A DNA stretch of 64,000 nt. It comes from the human T2T-CHM13v2.0 reference genome, Homo sapiens. Below the pieces are notes generated by a model. The model did no database searches. It had not been told where the DNA came from and was given only the letters and a program-made list of their open reading frames with translations. The translations under genes and the position numbers were made by a program. Of this stretch, positions 24,778 through 43,972 are shown one piece after another (the first letter of the stretch is position 1; each line of letters starts with the position of its first letter). Where the stretch lies: assembly GCF_009914755.1 (NCBI RefSeq), contig NC_060928.1; one strand, given 5' to 3'.

Positions 24778-26209
24778 AAGACCTTTTAGCTCCAGAATTG
24801 CCTTTATCTTCTTATCAATAAGCTGCTTAAAATTCTTCTTTTAAAGATGACTTCTATGGTCTTATGTGTATTTTGTAGTAAAGGTGAAAATGTGACATTA
24901 GTAATCTTCTTAGTAAATATCACTTCCTCGTAACCTTCCTAATAAATACCATTCCCTTTCTAGCAGAAACAAGTATAAGTGAATTAAGATGATGAGGAAG
25001 GATGTGGTGGGACTTGTGGTGAACAACAGCATGTGGACCTTCTGAATTCTCCTACAGCCAGTCCCTTACACAAACCAAGAGCTCTCTGGACTTTTATAAC
25101 AAAAGGGGAAACTCCAGAGTTTTATGTTTAATTTCCTTAATTTTAAAACCCTGTGCAGATTGAGCAAAACATTTGCAGAGCATGTCTGGCTAGTGGACCC
25201 CTCTTGGTCATATTGTCTGCAGCCCATGCCAGTGCTGCTGAGATATTGGGCAGAATCTTGACCTCTGCAAACCAGGAGTAGCACATGAGCAAGCAAGATA
25301 TACTTTGAGAATGGAAATTTCTCTGAGGAAAGTATTTCCTTCTTGAGAGCCAGCCAGCCTGTGGTGTCAGATTAGTCATATAGAGGAACATGTCAGATAG
25401 ACTAGGCCAAGTAGAACTTTAATTGAGCCAGGTGCCTGTGGTGGGTTGATTATATTAGTGTTCACTGTGGCCACTCTCCCCTGGGCCCTCGGGCACACTG
25501 AGAGACCCCTCTGCTTGTCTCTGTGCAGGTTCTTATTCCATTTCCCCTTAGTAACTATTTGACAACTTCACCACTCTTTCAAGCCCTTTTACTTTCACTG
25601 TCCTCATCTCTGTTAAAACATGAATGTATTCTTCCTCTTTGTGAAAACGAAGGCTAGCAATTATGAACTTCTTTATTCTGGACTCCCACTGTTCAAATAA
25701 AGTGACATTTGCCTTTACTATCACTTCTTTTCTCCAGTCTCAGAAAAACGGAAGCTTTTTTTTTTTTTGTCTGTTCATGGTCAGTCCCACAGCTTTTGAG
25801 CTGGTCCCTTTTCATCTCTTATACAATCGCTATCAGCCCTTCCCTTTTCTGTATTTTGAATCCACAACCCAAACCCCACCTCTACCGGCTGTTCCATATG
25901 TGTGTGTATGTACGCCTCTGTCTCTCTATTACTACAGCCTCCTTCCAGTGGTCCATAAACAAGTTCTTGTATTTTCTAGGTTAAAAATTAAAACAAAGAA
26001 AAGCAAATGCCTCCCTCTGATTGCTTTGACTCTGTGTCCTCCCCTTGTTTCTTTTTCTCTCTCCTGCTCTCTGCTGTTCCTCAAAGAAGAGTCTGCTCTC
26101 AGGGAGTTCAGTTCTTTGGTTCCCACTCATGCCGTAACCCTGGCCATCAGTATGCCTCACACACAGGCCCTCTGCAAATACTCTGGCAAAGTATGTGTCT
26201 GATTGGTAA

Positions 26210-26350
26210 TGCATATTAAAAACATATCTGCTGTTGATGTGATATCTGGGATTTGCTTCTAAATAATGCCGGAAAGGGAGAACTGGGTGGAGGTTAGGGT
26301 GAAGTGAAATTGGCTATGCCTTGATGGTTTCTGAATCTGGGTGATGAGTC
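26210..26350 (+). mobile_element. Old L1 3'UTR fragment (L1MC4/5-like) within L2-like sequence
   Basis: gatatctgggatttgcttctaaataat..aattggctatg..ctgggtgatg. Confidence 0.55.
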
Positions 26351-26736
26351 CCCCTGGCAAAACCCTGGATCCTTCAATTCTAAAACTAATAAGTCTTTTT
26401 AAAAAATCTCTCAACTTATTTGATTTCTTTGTGGCATCCAACCATTTACTGCCATCTTTGTGACAAACTCTTCTCCCTTAGCACTTGCATCTCGCTCTTA
26501 GGTTACCCCTTCTCTCTGTTTTAGTCTCTTTGTGGGTTTGTTTTCTAATGCCAATTCCTTAAACATGGGTTTTCTTAGGATTACGGCTTTAGGCCCTTTC
26601 CTCTTCTTACCTGCCCACAGAAGCTGAGAGAATAATTTCTCTTGAGTTCAACCACAATCTAAGGAATATTGACCATTTAATCTTTATCTCAGTATAGTTT
26701 AAGTCACTGTTCCTCAGTTTCATACTTTCAGAATAT

Positions 26737-26850
26737 TTTTTTTTCAGTATTTTTAGTAGAGACGAGGTTTTGCCACGTTGTCCAGGCTGGTCTCAAACTC
26801 CTGACCTGAGTATATCTGCCTGCCTCTGCCTCCCAACGTGCTGGGATTAC
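26737..26850 (-). mobile_element. Alu left-arm fragment
   Basis: gtatttttagtagagacgagg..ggctggtctcaaactcctgacct..gctgggattacag. Confidence 0.85.
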
Positions 26851-27423
26851 AGCACAGTTTCATATTTTCAATTGTGCTTATCTACAGCAACATTTCCAAA
26901 ACAATACTATCATTATCTTCCTATTCCTCTCAACCTGATCTTTACTCTCAAATTACACTATCCCAAGAGTCATCTTTTTTAGGAAGATGCCCCCTCATTA
27001 ATCATGCCTTCCTCAAAGCCAAGTAGGAGCTCCCTTCTTTCAGCTGGAACATTACAGTGCCCTGTTGCTCCCATTCTACATGTTGTTTTCTCTTCCTATA
27101 CTTCCCCAAGGCTGGACCAAACATCAGATTCATATTGGTATTCCCACCCCCAGTATAATATAGTGAACATCAACAATACACATTTGTTGGAGTTATTAAT
27201 AATGTAATCTTGGAATTTAGTGCTAAAGGGATCATGTAGTTCAGAGTATCTCAAAGAACAGCTCAGTGTTCAGGGCCTGAGTTTAAATCCTGACTCTGCC
27301 AATTATTAGCTTTGTGATATAGGGAAGTATGTAAAAACTCACTTAATGCTCTTTTTTTGAGCTGTAACAAATGAATGCCCAAATTACAAATAAACAAAGG
27401 AAAATTTAGAAATGTAATTTCTT

Positions 27424-31881
<4,458 letters not shown>

Positions 31882-32079
31882 ATGTAATTTCTTAATTATT
31901 CTCAAAAAAATGGTTTTATTAAGATGTCAAGACCTGTATTTATATTAAAAATTCACGTTTTTGTAGAAACAAAATTGTTCTAAGTTTACATAATGGAAAT
32001 AAATATAATATATAGTGTACTATATATAGTGTGTAATGTAAATACATTTTCTAAGAGCATTGCTAGTCAAACAAGTTTG

Positions 32080-32195
32080 AGGATCATTTAATGTAAATGG
32101 AAATTGAGGCTCAGAAATTTTAAATGACTTGTCCAAGTCTTCACAATTCATGTCTGACCTGGAATTTGAATGTATTTGCCTGACTCCCAGTGTAC
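32080..32195 (-). mobile_element. MIR
   Basis: ggaaattgaggctcaga..aaatgacttgtccaagt..ggaatttgaa..cctgactcc. Confidence 0.75.
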
Positions 32196-32496
32196 ATTCC
32201 TTACCATCATGACATTTATCATAAATCCATAAAACACTATGACTTCGTCAGTCTGCTTGGACTTGGAATACTTTTCTTTGTAATGATAAAATTTTGCATA
32301 GTAAAAGGACTGTACATATTGAGATGCAAGTAAAAACTTGTAACATTTAACTAAATCAAAGTAATACATGTTAATGGAAATAAGGGAATTTATGAAAACC
32401 ATTATTTGAAAAATATTTCTGGACTTGACAGAAAAAAATTAAAACAATATTCCAACCTAAAAATTGCATGACCACCTCTCTTGATTTGTCATATAA

Positions 32497-32789
<293 letters not shown>

Positions 32790-34929
32790 ATTTGTCATAT
32801 AATTTAACTTGTTCTTTCCACCTCAGTTCAGTCATCTTTTCCACCACATCTCAAAGCTCACTGTCTTGCTGTAAAATTCTTTTTTAAAATCATCTTCTCA
32901 AATATTAAATCTATACATTCTGATTTGGGTCTTGAATGTATACTTAAGAAAGTACAGTTCTCAGTACAGATATCCCAAAGCAGCCCAAAGAATGCAATTA
33001 TATCAATAAATAGTTTCAGATGATGCCTGCAGTTGTAATGGCAATCTGTGGATTTCATTACTGTGAGACTATGTGGAGCTTGCTTTATTGTAGATATAAT
33101 ACTTCAGCAAATCTGAGGCCTGAAATTCTCAAGCTAATTGCATTTGACCAGCTTCTGAGCCTGAGTTCCTGCCTACAAGAATGACAAATATAAATTATTG
33201 CTATTAAGAGAGACTCTATAATGCATTTTGCAGAACAAAGAAATGAGAATGAAGTAAGATGAATGGCTTTTAAAAAAATGATCTTCTTAAATAATGTTAT
33301 TTTAACTTCTGGGATAAAGGCACATTTAAGTAAATGAGCTGTAATGCAAGAGTAAGTTAGTTGTTCATCTATTCATGGAAGTGGCCATACAGATAGTTAT
33401 CCTAGAGAGATGATAACTAGAATGGCTATTTTGAGGAATAAGAAGCATCTTATTCTTAATCTTTACCTAGCTGAGACTTTTAAAAATCCTCAGATTATAC
33501 AGCCTGTGATTGCTCTATGTTACTTAAGGGAAACGTCATTTTAATCTAGAAGTTTTGTGAAGTAAATGGATTTAATCTTTTTCTTAAAAATTGGATCTCA
33601 GCTAGGAAAAGAAGAAAAAGAAAACCTTTTTAAGTTAATAAAGTGAAAAGAGAAAAAAATTGAGGGGAAAACTGGGTACTGAAAGACTAGTTTTTTAAGT
33701 GAGTTAAGTTATTGGAAGTAATAAAACTTTAGAGAAATATTTTATTATGGAGGGTATCAGAGAGCCATTAGAAGTTTCCCTCTCAATTGTTATCAAATAA
33801 ATACATAGTAAAATGACTATAACAAAAGGATTTGTTGAGGTAGAGACTGATTGGAGAAAGGATAAAAATAATAAACAGAATTACTTTAATATCCTGTGAA
33901 AGAGCTAATAAAGATCGTTCTTAGGATGATAGCAGAGCAAATGGAAACAAAGATTCAATGTAGAGAGCACACTTGTCAGGCCTTTAAGATAGATCAGTTT
34001 TAAGGGTCTAGGAAAATGGCCTCCTCCGCAATCACCACTATTTCTTTTGTATCTTACTTAATAAAATGGACATGCTTTCTAAAGTTTTCAACAGGCAAAA
34101 ATTTAGCAACTTCCAAATAAGTAGAGGAAAGTGGGAATAACTATCAGGAATGCCAAGTGCCAAAACTAGTTGGTAGATATTGCTTTCAGTTCTTTTGTTA
34201 ATCATAACATTATTAATAACATTTGCAAATGTGGAGAAAAGTTTGATGTTGTGCATAGTCATGGCACCTCTACTTGTTTAAACCATTTAAATTCCACAGA
34301 GGTTATTTTATCTGGTTCCATGGAAACAGTGTATTTGGTATAATAATAGGAATTTGAACAACCACAAACCAAATTTATGTGCTTATTCTGAGATACTGAT
34401 TCCAGGGAAAGGCCTGCTGGGCTAATACGTACTTTGTAGATATTTCCGCAGGTCTTAATGAGCCAACATCAATTCTGGCACTGAAATCTCTACAGTATTC
34501 AAAATGTGTTATGGGAAACAATTATTCTAAGTCTGCCAGATTGATGGGCAAAACGTATTACGCATCTGTTGGGCCTAAAGTTTTCCAAGTTTTCAGTGGA
34601 ATGTCAGCTTGCAGTCTAGATGAATATAGACGAATATATTGCTTAATAATAAATTACACTGGAACAGGTGTCAGGGTTTGTATTTTGACAAACGGCAAAT
34701 GGATGCAAAGATAACTTGTTGTCAACTCAAGGAATCTAAGAACTTAAACCTCATTTTCTTTAGAATCATTCAGACTTTTTTTTCAGTATTACGGAAGTCA
34801 TAAACTTGAAGAGAAGAGAAACAGTTGTCCCTACATGATTATCAAGATTTTCAAAGTGCTCAATAAATATATGTTGGCCAATACATGTAAAGCTCCTGAT
34901 AAGTAAAGAGTATCATCAGTTTGAAGGAC

Positions 34930-36409
34930 TGCACAGAGCGAGATTGCCAAATAGAACTCCTCCAGTGATTGTCATCCACCGTGCCCCCAGGAACACCAAA
35001 TTGAACAACTATCCACACAAGAAAGCATATTTATAAGAACCAAAAATCAGGTGAGCAATTACAGTACCTGGTTTTAAACATCATATTAAAGAAAGGGGCA
35101 CTGATGAGGGTAGGAAAGACAATCTTGAATGGCCTACACAGCCTCTCCTCCCATCCTCTGGCCTCCACAGCCCCTCCCCCATCCCCTGGCAGCACCATGT
35201 GGTGGGGAGAAAGAATCTATGTGCTTGGGGGATGGAGAACACAGTGATTGTGAGACTTCGCATTGGAACTTAGTGCTGTCCTGTCACAGCAGAAAGCAAC
35301 ATGTGGCAGAATTCAGCTGGCACCCATGGAAGGAACATTAAGACTAGTCCTAAGCAGAGGGAAATAATCTATCCCAGTCATTGGAACCTGAGTTCTGGCT
35401 TGCCCCAGCCCTGTGGGCTAAAGTATTCTGGGCTACTAAATAAACTTGAAAGATAGTCTGGGCCAAAAGGACTACAACTCCTGGTCTAGTCCTTGCTGTG
35501 TTGAATTTAGAGCCAGTGGACTTGGGGTGCACATGACCTAGTGAGATACCAGCTAGAGTGGCCAAGAGAGTGCTTGCATCATCGCTCTCCCCACCCCAGG
35601 CAGCATAGCTCCCAGGTCCAGAGAAGACTCCTTCCTTCCTCTTGAGAAGAGGAAAGAGTAAAAAGGACTTTTTCTTGCAACTTGGATACCAGCTCAGCTA
35701 CAGTAGAATAGGGCACCAGGCAGAGTCCTGAGACTCCCATTTCAGGCCCTAGTTGCTGGAAGACATTTCAAGACACACCCTCGGCCAGAAGGGAACCTGC
35801 TGCCTTGAAGGGAAGGACCCATTCCTGGCAGGATTCACCACCTGCTGACTAAAGAGCCCTGGGGCCTTGAATAAATATCAGGCAGTACTCACCATGGGCC
35901 TTGCAGGAGACCCAGTGCCATACTGGCTTTAAGTGTGACCCAGCACATTTCAAGCTGTGGTGGCCATGGGAAGAGACTCCTACTTGAGGAAACTAGAGTG
36001 AAGAGTAGAGGGTTCTAGCAGCTGGGGTCTTGTCTTGCAGCTTGGGTACTAGCTTTGTCACAGCGAGGTACAACACCAAGCAGGCTCCTGGGCTCCTTGT
36101 CCAGGCCTTGGCTCCTGGACAGAATTTCTGGACTTGCAATGGGCTAGAGGGGAGCCTACTGCCCTGAAGGGAGAGACCCAGGCTTGGCAGCATTCACCAC
36201 AAGCTGACTGAAGAGCTTTTGGGCCTTGAGTATACTCCTTGGTAGCCAGGTAGTACTCGCCACAGGCCTGGGGCAGTGGTGGCCATGGGGAGAGACTCCT
36301 TCTGCTTCAGGAAAGGAGAGGGAAAGTGGAAAAATCTTTGTCTTGTGGCTTTGATGCCTGCTCAGCCACAGTAGAATAGAGCACCAAGTAGATTCCTAAG
36401 ATTCCTGAC
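34930..36409 (+). mobile_element. Isolated L1M1-type (L1MA) 5'UTR with internal repeats, truncated on the right
   Basis: gagattgccaaatagaa..ggaacaccaaattgaacaactatccacac..aagaaccaaaaatcaggtgagc; repeated cttgcaa/gcttgg..accagctcagc units. Confidence 0.8.
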
Positions 36410-36427
36410 AGAGCGAGACTCCATCTC

Positions 36428-36456
<29 letters not shown>
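36406..36456 (+). mobile_element. Alu 3'-terminal stub (22 nt + A29)
   Basis: tgacagagcgagactccatctc followed by a pure A run; no TSD visible. Confidence 0.85.
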
Positions 36457-36458
<2 letters not shown>

Positions 36459-36459
36459 A

Positions 36460-36900
36460 CACATTTCATAGGGATGGCTACAGAAGAGTAAACTGCAAAG
36501 AAGCATGAAAAAGTGCTCTGAGACGAGGAAGGAAACTCAGTAAAGAACAGAGGCACTATAGTAAAAGGAAAGTGGTCAACAGCATTAATTTTATAGATCA
36601 GTCAATGATTGCAGAGTATGATAAAAATCTACTTGTTTGGACTTGTGAGAAGTTTAAGATCTTGGGATAAGTGGGACAGAATATAAATTGCAGATGGTTA
36701 AGGAGTAAGTATATGACAAGAGAGTGGAGGTAGAAAAGGAATTCTGTGAAGAAAGGAAGAAGAATTGGTAACAGCTCGATATAGAAGTAAAGGAATAAAT
36801 CAATCAAAAGGACTTATTGAAGTTGTAGGAAATTGAGGTGAAAACAAAGTGTTGGGAAAAATTCTAAAGGAAACAAAAAGAGTTGGGATTGAAAGGCCAG
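36460..36900 (-). mobile_element. L2 fragment
   Basis: Purine-rich L2-antisense pattern (gaggaaggaaactcag, aagtggtcaacagc, ggagtaag..gagagtggagg). Confidence 0.5.
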
Positions 36901-37019
36901 CTGGACAATTAATATTGGAAAGGCACTTAGTATTGAAGGGGAGAAGTTCAGAGCATTTACAGTACATGAACTCTGTGTTCTAAGTGATGTAAGAGGCAAA
37001 ATCAAATGCTGAGAATAAT

Positions 37020-37370
37020 GGACACAGATCTTGTATTTCTGAAATAAAATTGGCTATGTATTATTTCATGAAAGATTGTGAGATTTAATTTGCTGAAATA
37101 TTATTTAGAATTTTAGTACTTATATTCATCAATAATATTGGCTTGCTTCATTTTATATATCTTGTTAGGTGTAATCATAATAACAACTATTTTCCCAAAT
37201 ATTTTGTATATGGGAAATTATCTATTCCTTGAGAGTTTGAGAAAACTCACATGTAAAACAACTGAGGCTAGCACATTTTGTGAACAAAGTTTGTTGAATA
37301 AACTTTAGCTTCTGTCTTGATGATAATTCCACTCAAGGCTTCTATTTCTTTGTGTTATATATTTTGAAAT
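37020..37370 (-). mobile_element. Old L1 ORF2 fragment (L1M)
   Basis: gatttaatttgctgaaatattatttagaatttt..atattcatcaataatattggc. Confidence 0.5.
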
Positions 37371-38004
37371 TATTGTATGTTAAAAATATTGTCATTGGTG
37401 CAAAAGATATGTAACAGACTGAAAACTGCCTTATGGTTTGTTGGTTTTTTAAGAATATAATTTCTTATTAATTTAAAAATGTAAAGTATTTGTAATCACA
37501 AATGAACCCTGTACGATTTCCACTTTTAGGAAGTATTTATATATGGCTCAATAAATGATCAATTTGTTAGTATTCTGTGAGTGGCAAAGTGCATATTACA
37601 TATTGCATATTTTTGAATATTTTAGAAGATATGAGTTTGAGGGTCTAAAATTATAAGAAACATGGTCTTATCAAATTCTTGATAAAACACATTTCTGAAC
37701 TAAAATAACACACTGTTATTAACAGATTAACAGACTCGGGAAGTTTTAGGAGAAAAAAGTCTTTAAGGAATCTTTAAGCATATTAAATAAGGATAAAACC
37801 CTATAATTATTCTGGCTGGTGAAACAGGGATAAACATGCCATGTATAAAGAAAAAGTCCAACTAGCCTCATTCTTCTTTATGACACTTAATTCCTAGAAA
37901 AAAGGAAAAAGTCAACAGAAATTTGAAGAAAAATGTGAAGGCAACAAAAAATATTTTTTAAATGTGTCAGAAAATACACCAGCCATACATACCATTTCCA
38001 TCTT

Positions 38005-39971
<1,967 letters not shown>

Positions 39972-40611
39972 TTAATATATGACTTTTAATACATAAGCCA
40001 ATAGATTAGAGGTTTAGTAAAATTAAGGTGTTAACTTGATCTAGTATGACTATGAGCAATGACTCTAATTAAACATGAATATGTCTCAATGCTACAAGTT
40101 TGTAAAAAAATCAACTGTAACAGTTTTTCCTTTAAAAAATTAAACTATAAGGCAAAAATTTAATAAAATAATTTATATCTGTGGATTACATGAACAAATA
40201 TAGAAAAAATGTGTAAGATTAAAATAACATTCAAAATATACATTACCATGATGTATAAAGGGGATGTTCAGGCCCATGGATTGCTGGAGGGCAAGAGACT
40301 ATAGGCAGAGGAATACAATGAAACATCTAGGGCCTTGAGAAGAAGTTGAAGTCAGACTGTGGAAATTTAAGATGTTTAAAAGCAGCATGGGAAAATAGTT
40401 TTTTTTAAAAAGCACATACAGGCTTTGACAGGCCTGAGAAGACCTAAGAAGAACTTAAATCTTCACTATGGGGTAATCTCAAGGCTCAGCGGCCTGATAA
40501 TTAGCGAAGGTCTTCCATGCAAAAATGAGAGAGGTTTCTCTTTTTTTTTTTTTCGTGTTCAATTTTCAAGAAAAGATCACAAAGCATATAAAGAAACAGG
40601 GGAACAAATCA

Positions 40612-40678
40612 TTCAAATAACCAAAATAAATCACCAGAAACCTTTTGTTCAAAGAAACAAAATAAATCACCAGAAACC
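40612..40678. repeat. 36-bp-period tandem duplication abutting an MLT1 LTR
   Basis: ttcaaa..caaaataaatcaccagaaacc x2. Confidence 0.8.
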
Positions 40679-40679
40679 A

Positions 40680-41064
40680 TCTGCCATAACAAAATACCAC
40701 AGATAGGGTGGCATAAATAACAAAAATTAGTTTTCTCACAATTTTGTAGGCTAAAAATAAATCAAGGTGGTGTCAGGATTGGTTTCTGATGAGGCCTCTT
40801 TCTGGCTTGTAGATATCTGTTTTTTCACTGTGTCCTCTCATGGCATTTCCTCTGTGTGTTTGCACAAAGAAAGAAGAATCTCTGGTTTGACTTCTTTTTC
40901 TTACAAAAGTGCCAGTCCTATTAGATTAGGGACCTATCATTATGGCCTAATTTAACCTTGATTACCTCCTTAGAGGCATTATTGTCAATATAGTCACATT
41001 GAAGTTTAGGGTTTTTAACATTTAAATGTTTTTGTGGGGAGTAGACACAATTCAGTCTATAACA
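40680..41064 (-). mobile_element. MLT1A/A0-like MaLR LTR
   Basis: ctgccataacaaaataccacaga..gacacaattcagtctataaca. Confidence 0.85.
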
Positions 41065-42180
41065 ATGTTCCTAAAACAACAACAACAACAAAAAACAAAA
41101 ACATACATCTGACTTACTGGACAAATGTTTGACAAGACAACTGTGTCGAATATGTTCAAAGAGCTAAAGGAAGATGTGGGCAAAGAATAAAACATAAGAA
41201 AGTAATATATGAACAAAATTAGAATCTCAACAGACAGAGTTTATTTAAAAGAACTGGATGAAAATTCTGTAGCTGAAAAATATAACTGAAATGAAAAATT
41301 AACCAGAGGGGTTCAACAGAATACTCAAACAGAAGAAGAAAGAATCAATGAATTTAAAGGCAGATCACTTAAAATCATCAAATGTAAATAGCATAAAGAA
41401 AAATAAATGATAAAGAAAAGTGAACAGAGGCTACCGAATTTACTGGCCACTATCAAGTGAACCAACTGGCGGATGAGAGGCCAAACAGGAGATGAGAGAG
41501 AGAAATGAGCAGTGGGATTATTTGAGCAAATAATGCCTGAAAATTTCCCAAATTTGAGAAAATATGTGGATATACAAATCCAAGAAATTCAACAGATTCA
41601 CAGTAGTTTAAACCCAATTAGACACACCAAGACACATAATCAAACTGTCAGAAGCCAAAGACTTAAGAGAAAAATCTTAAAAGCACCAAGCAAACTTTCT
41701 TATTCTTATCATGAACAAGGATGCTCAGTAAGACTATCAATGAGTTTCTCAGCAGAGATCTTGCAGACAAGAAGCAGTTGTGTGGTATATTTAAAGTGCA
41801 GAAAGAAAAGCCTTTCAACTAAGAATTACATATTTGGCAATTCTGTCCTTCAGAAATGTGAAAGGAATTAAGACATTTCCAGACAAACAAAAAAAGCTGA
41901 GGGATTTCATTACCATTAAACCTGTCTTACATGAAATGCTAAAGGGATTTCTTCAAGTTGAAATGAAAGAATGCTAGATAGCAACTTAAGTCATACAAAC
42001 ATATAAAATTCATCAATAAAGATAACTACATAAAAATATAAAAAATAGTATTTCAGTTTTATTTGTAACTACATTTATGTTCAAGATTTAAAATAAAAAA
42101 TGCACAAAACAATTATAAAGCTGTTAATGAATACACAATACATAAAGATGTAATCTGTGACATACATAACATAAAGCAAG

Positions 42181-43972
42181 AGGATAAATTTAACCAAAGA
42201 AGTAAAATATTTGTACAATTAAAAACTATAAAACATTGACAAAAGCAATTGAATAAGATATAAATAAGTACAAAGATATTTTCTATTCATAGATTGGAAG
42301 AATTAATATTGTGAAAATATCCATACTACTCAAAGTAATATACACAGTTACTGTAATCCCTATCAAAATTATAATGGAATTCTTAAAAATATAAAAAATG
42401 CAAAATTTATATGAAACCACAAAACCTGAATATCCCAAGCAATATTGAGCAGAAAGGACAAAGTTGGAGGCATCACACTACCTGACTTCAAAATATATTA
42501 CAAAGCTATAGTAATAAAAACAGCATGCCACTGGCTGAAAATAGATACAATGACCAATGGTACAAACTAGAGAGCCCAGAAATGAACCCATACATTTACA
42601 GTTAATTGATTTTCAACAAAGGTGTCAAGAACACACAATAGGAAAATGGCAGTCTCTTCAATAAAACAAATGTAAGGAAAGCTGGATATCTACATGCAGA
42701 AGAATAGAACTGGACTTTTGTCTCACACCATATACAAAAATTGATTAATAATTTAAACATTAAAACTGTAAAAATACTAGAAGAAGACATAGGGCAAAAG
42801 CTACACAAAATTAGTCTGAGTAATTAGATGTGACCTTAAAAGCTCAGGCAACGAAAGAAAAAATGGACAAAACCAATTACATCAGACTAAAAAGCTTCCA
42901 CAAAGCAAAGGACACAATAAACAGAGTGAAGAGACAAACTATAGATTGGGAGAAAATATTTGCAAACCATACATCTGATAATGGGTTAATATAAAAAAAA
43001 TAAGAAACTCCTACAACTCAATAAAACAAATAATATAATTTTTAAAAGTGCAAAGAACCTGAATAGATATTTTTCAAAAGCAGTCATGCAAATGGCTAAC
43101 AGATATGTAAAAAATTACTTGACATTACTAATAATCAGGGAAATGTAAATTAAAATCACAACAAAATGTCAACTTGCCCTTGTCTGAATGACTGTTATCA
43201 AAAGGATGAAAGATGAGTGATGACAGGGAGGCAGAGAAAAGGGATCATTTGTACATTGTTGGTGGGAATGTAAATTGGTACAGCCATTATGGAAAGCTAT
43301 ATGGAGGTTTCTCAAAAACAGAATTACCACATAATCTAGCTATCCCACTTCTGGGTGCTGATCTAAAGGATTTGAAATCAGAATATTGAAGAAATATCTG
43401 CTCTTCTATGTTTATTATAGCATTATTCACAATAGCCAAAATATAGAAAAATCTATCATCAAATGAAGAATAAATGATGTACGTATATACACATAGTGGA
43501 ATACTATTTGGCCTTTAAAAAGGAAATTCTGTCATTTCTGACAATTTGGATGAACTAGAGGACATTATTGTAAGTAAAATGAGTCAAGCACAGAAAGACA
43601 TACTGCATGATCTCACTTGTATGTGGAATCTAAAATAATAGAATTTATAGAAACAGAAAATACAGTAATAGTCACCAGGGACTGGAGGTGGGAGGCATGA
43701 GGAGATTCTGGTGAAAGGGCACAAAGTTTCAATTAGACAGGATGAATAATTTTTAGTGATCTGTTGTATGACATGGTGACTATAGTTAATATATATTTCA
43801 AAATTGCTGAGAGAGTAAATTTTAAATATTCTCATCACAGAAGTATTTGTGGGGATGGATTATTAATTAGATTAATTTTCTCATTCCACATTATATACAT
43901 ATAACATAACATCACATTGTACCCCTTAAATATATACAATTATAACTTGTCAATTTACAATAAAATTCTGAA
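42181..43972 (+). mobile_element. 5'-truncated L1MA (MA5-8-like) nested in the older L1
   Basis: ORF2 3' part plus 3'UTR ending catcacattgtacccc..tatacaattataacttgtcaatttacaataaaa; host spacer resumes afterwards. Confidence 0.85.

Noticed and set aside
25663-26202. 179-aa hydrophobic ORF
   Set aside because: CT-rich L2-like/low-complexity sequence gives F/L/S-rich spurious frames
34400-34714. ~104-codon open frame with an acceptor-like ttccgcag
   Set aside because: No recognisable homology; length is within chance for 64 kb in six frames
34933-36418. acagagcgaga at both ends of the L1M1 fragment, mimicking a TSD
   Set aside because: Left copy fits the L1M1 start and right copy the Alu end; coincidental
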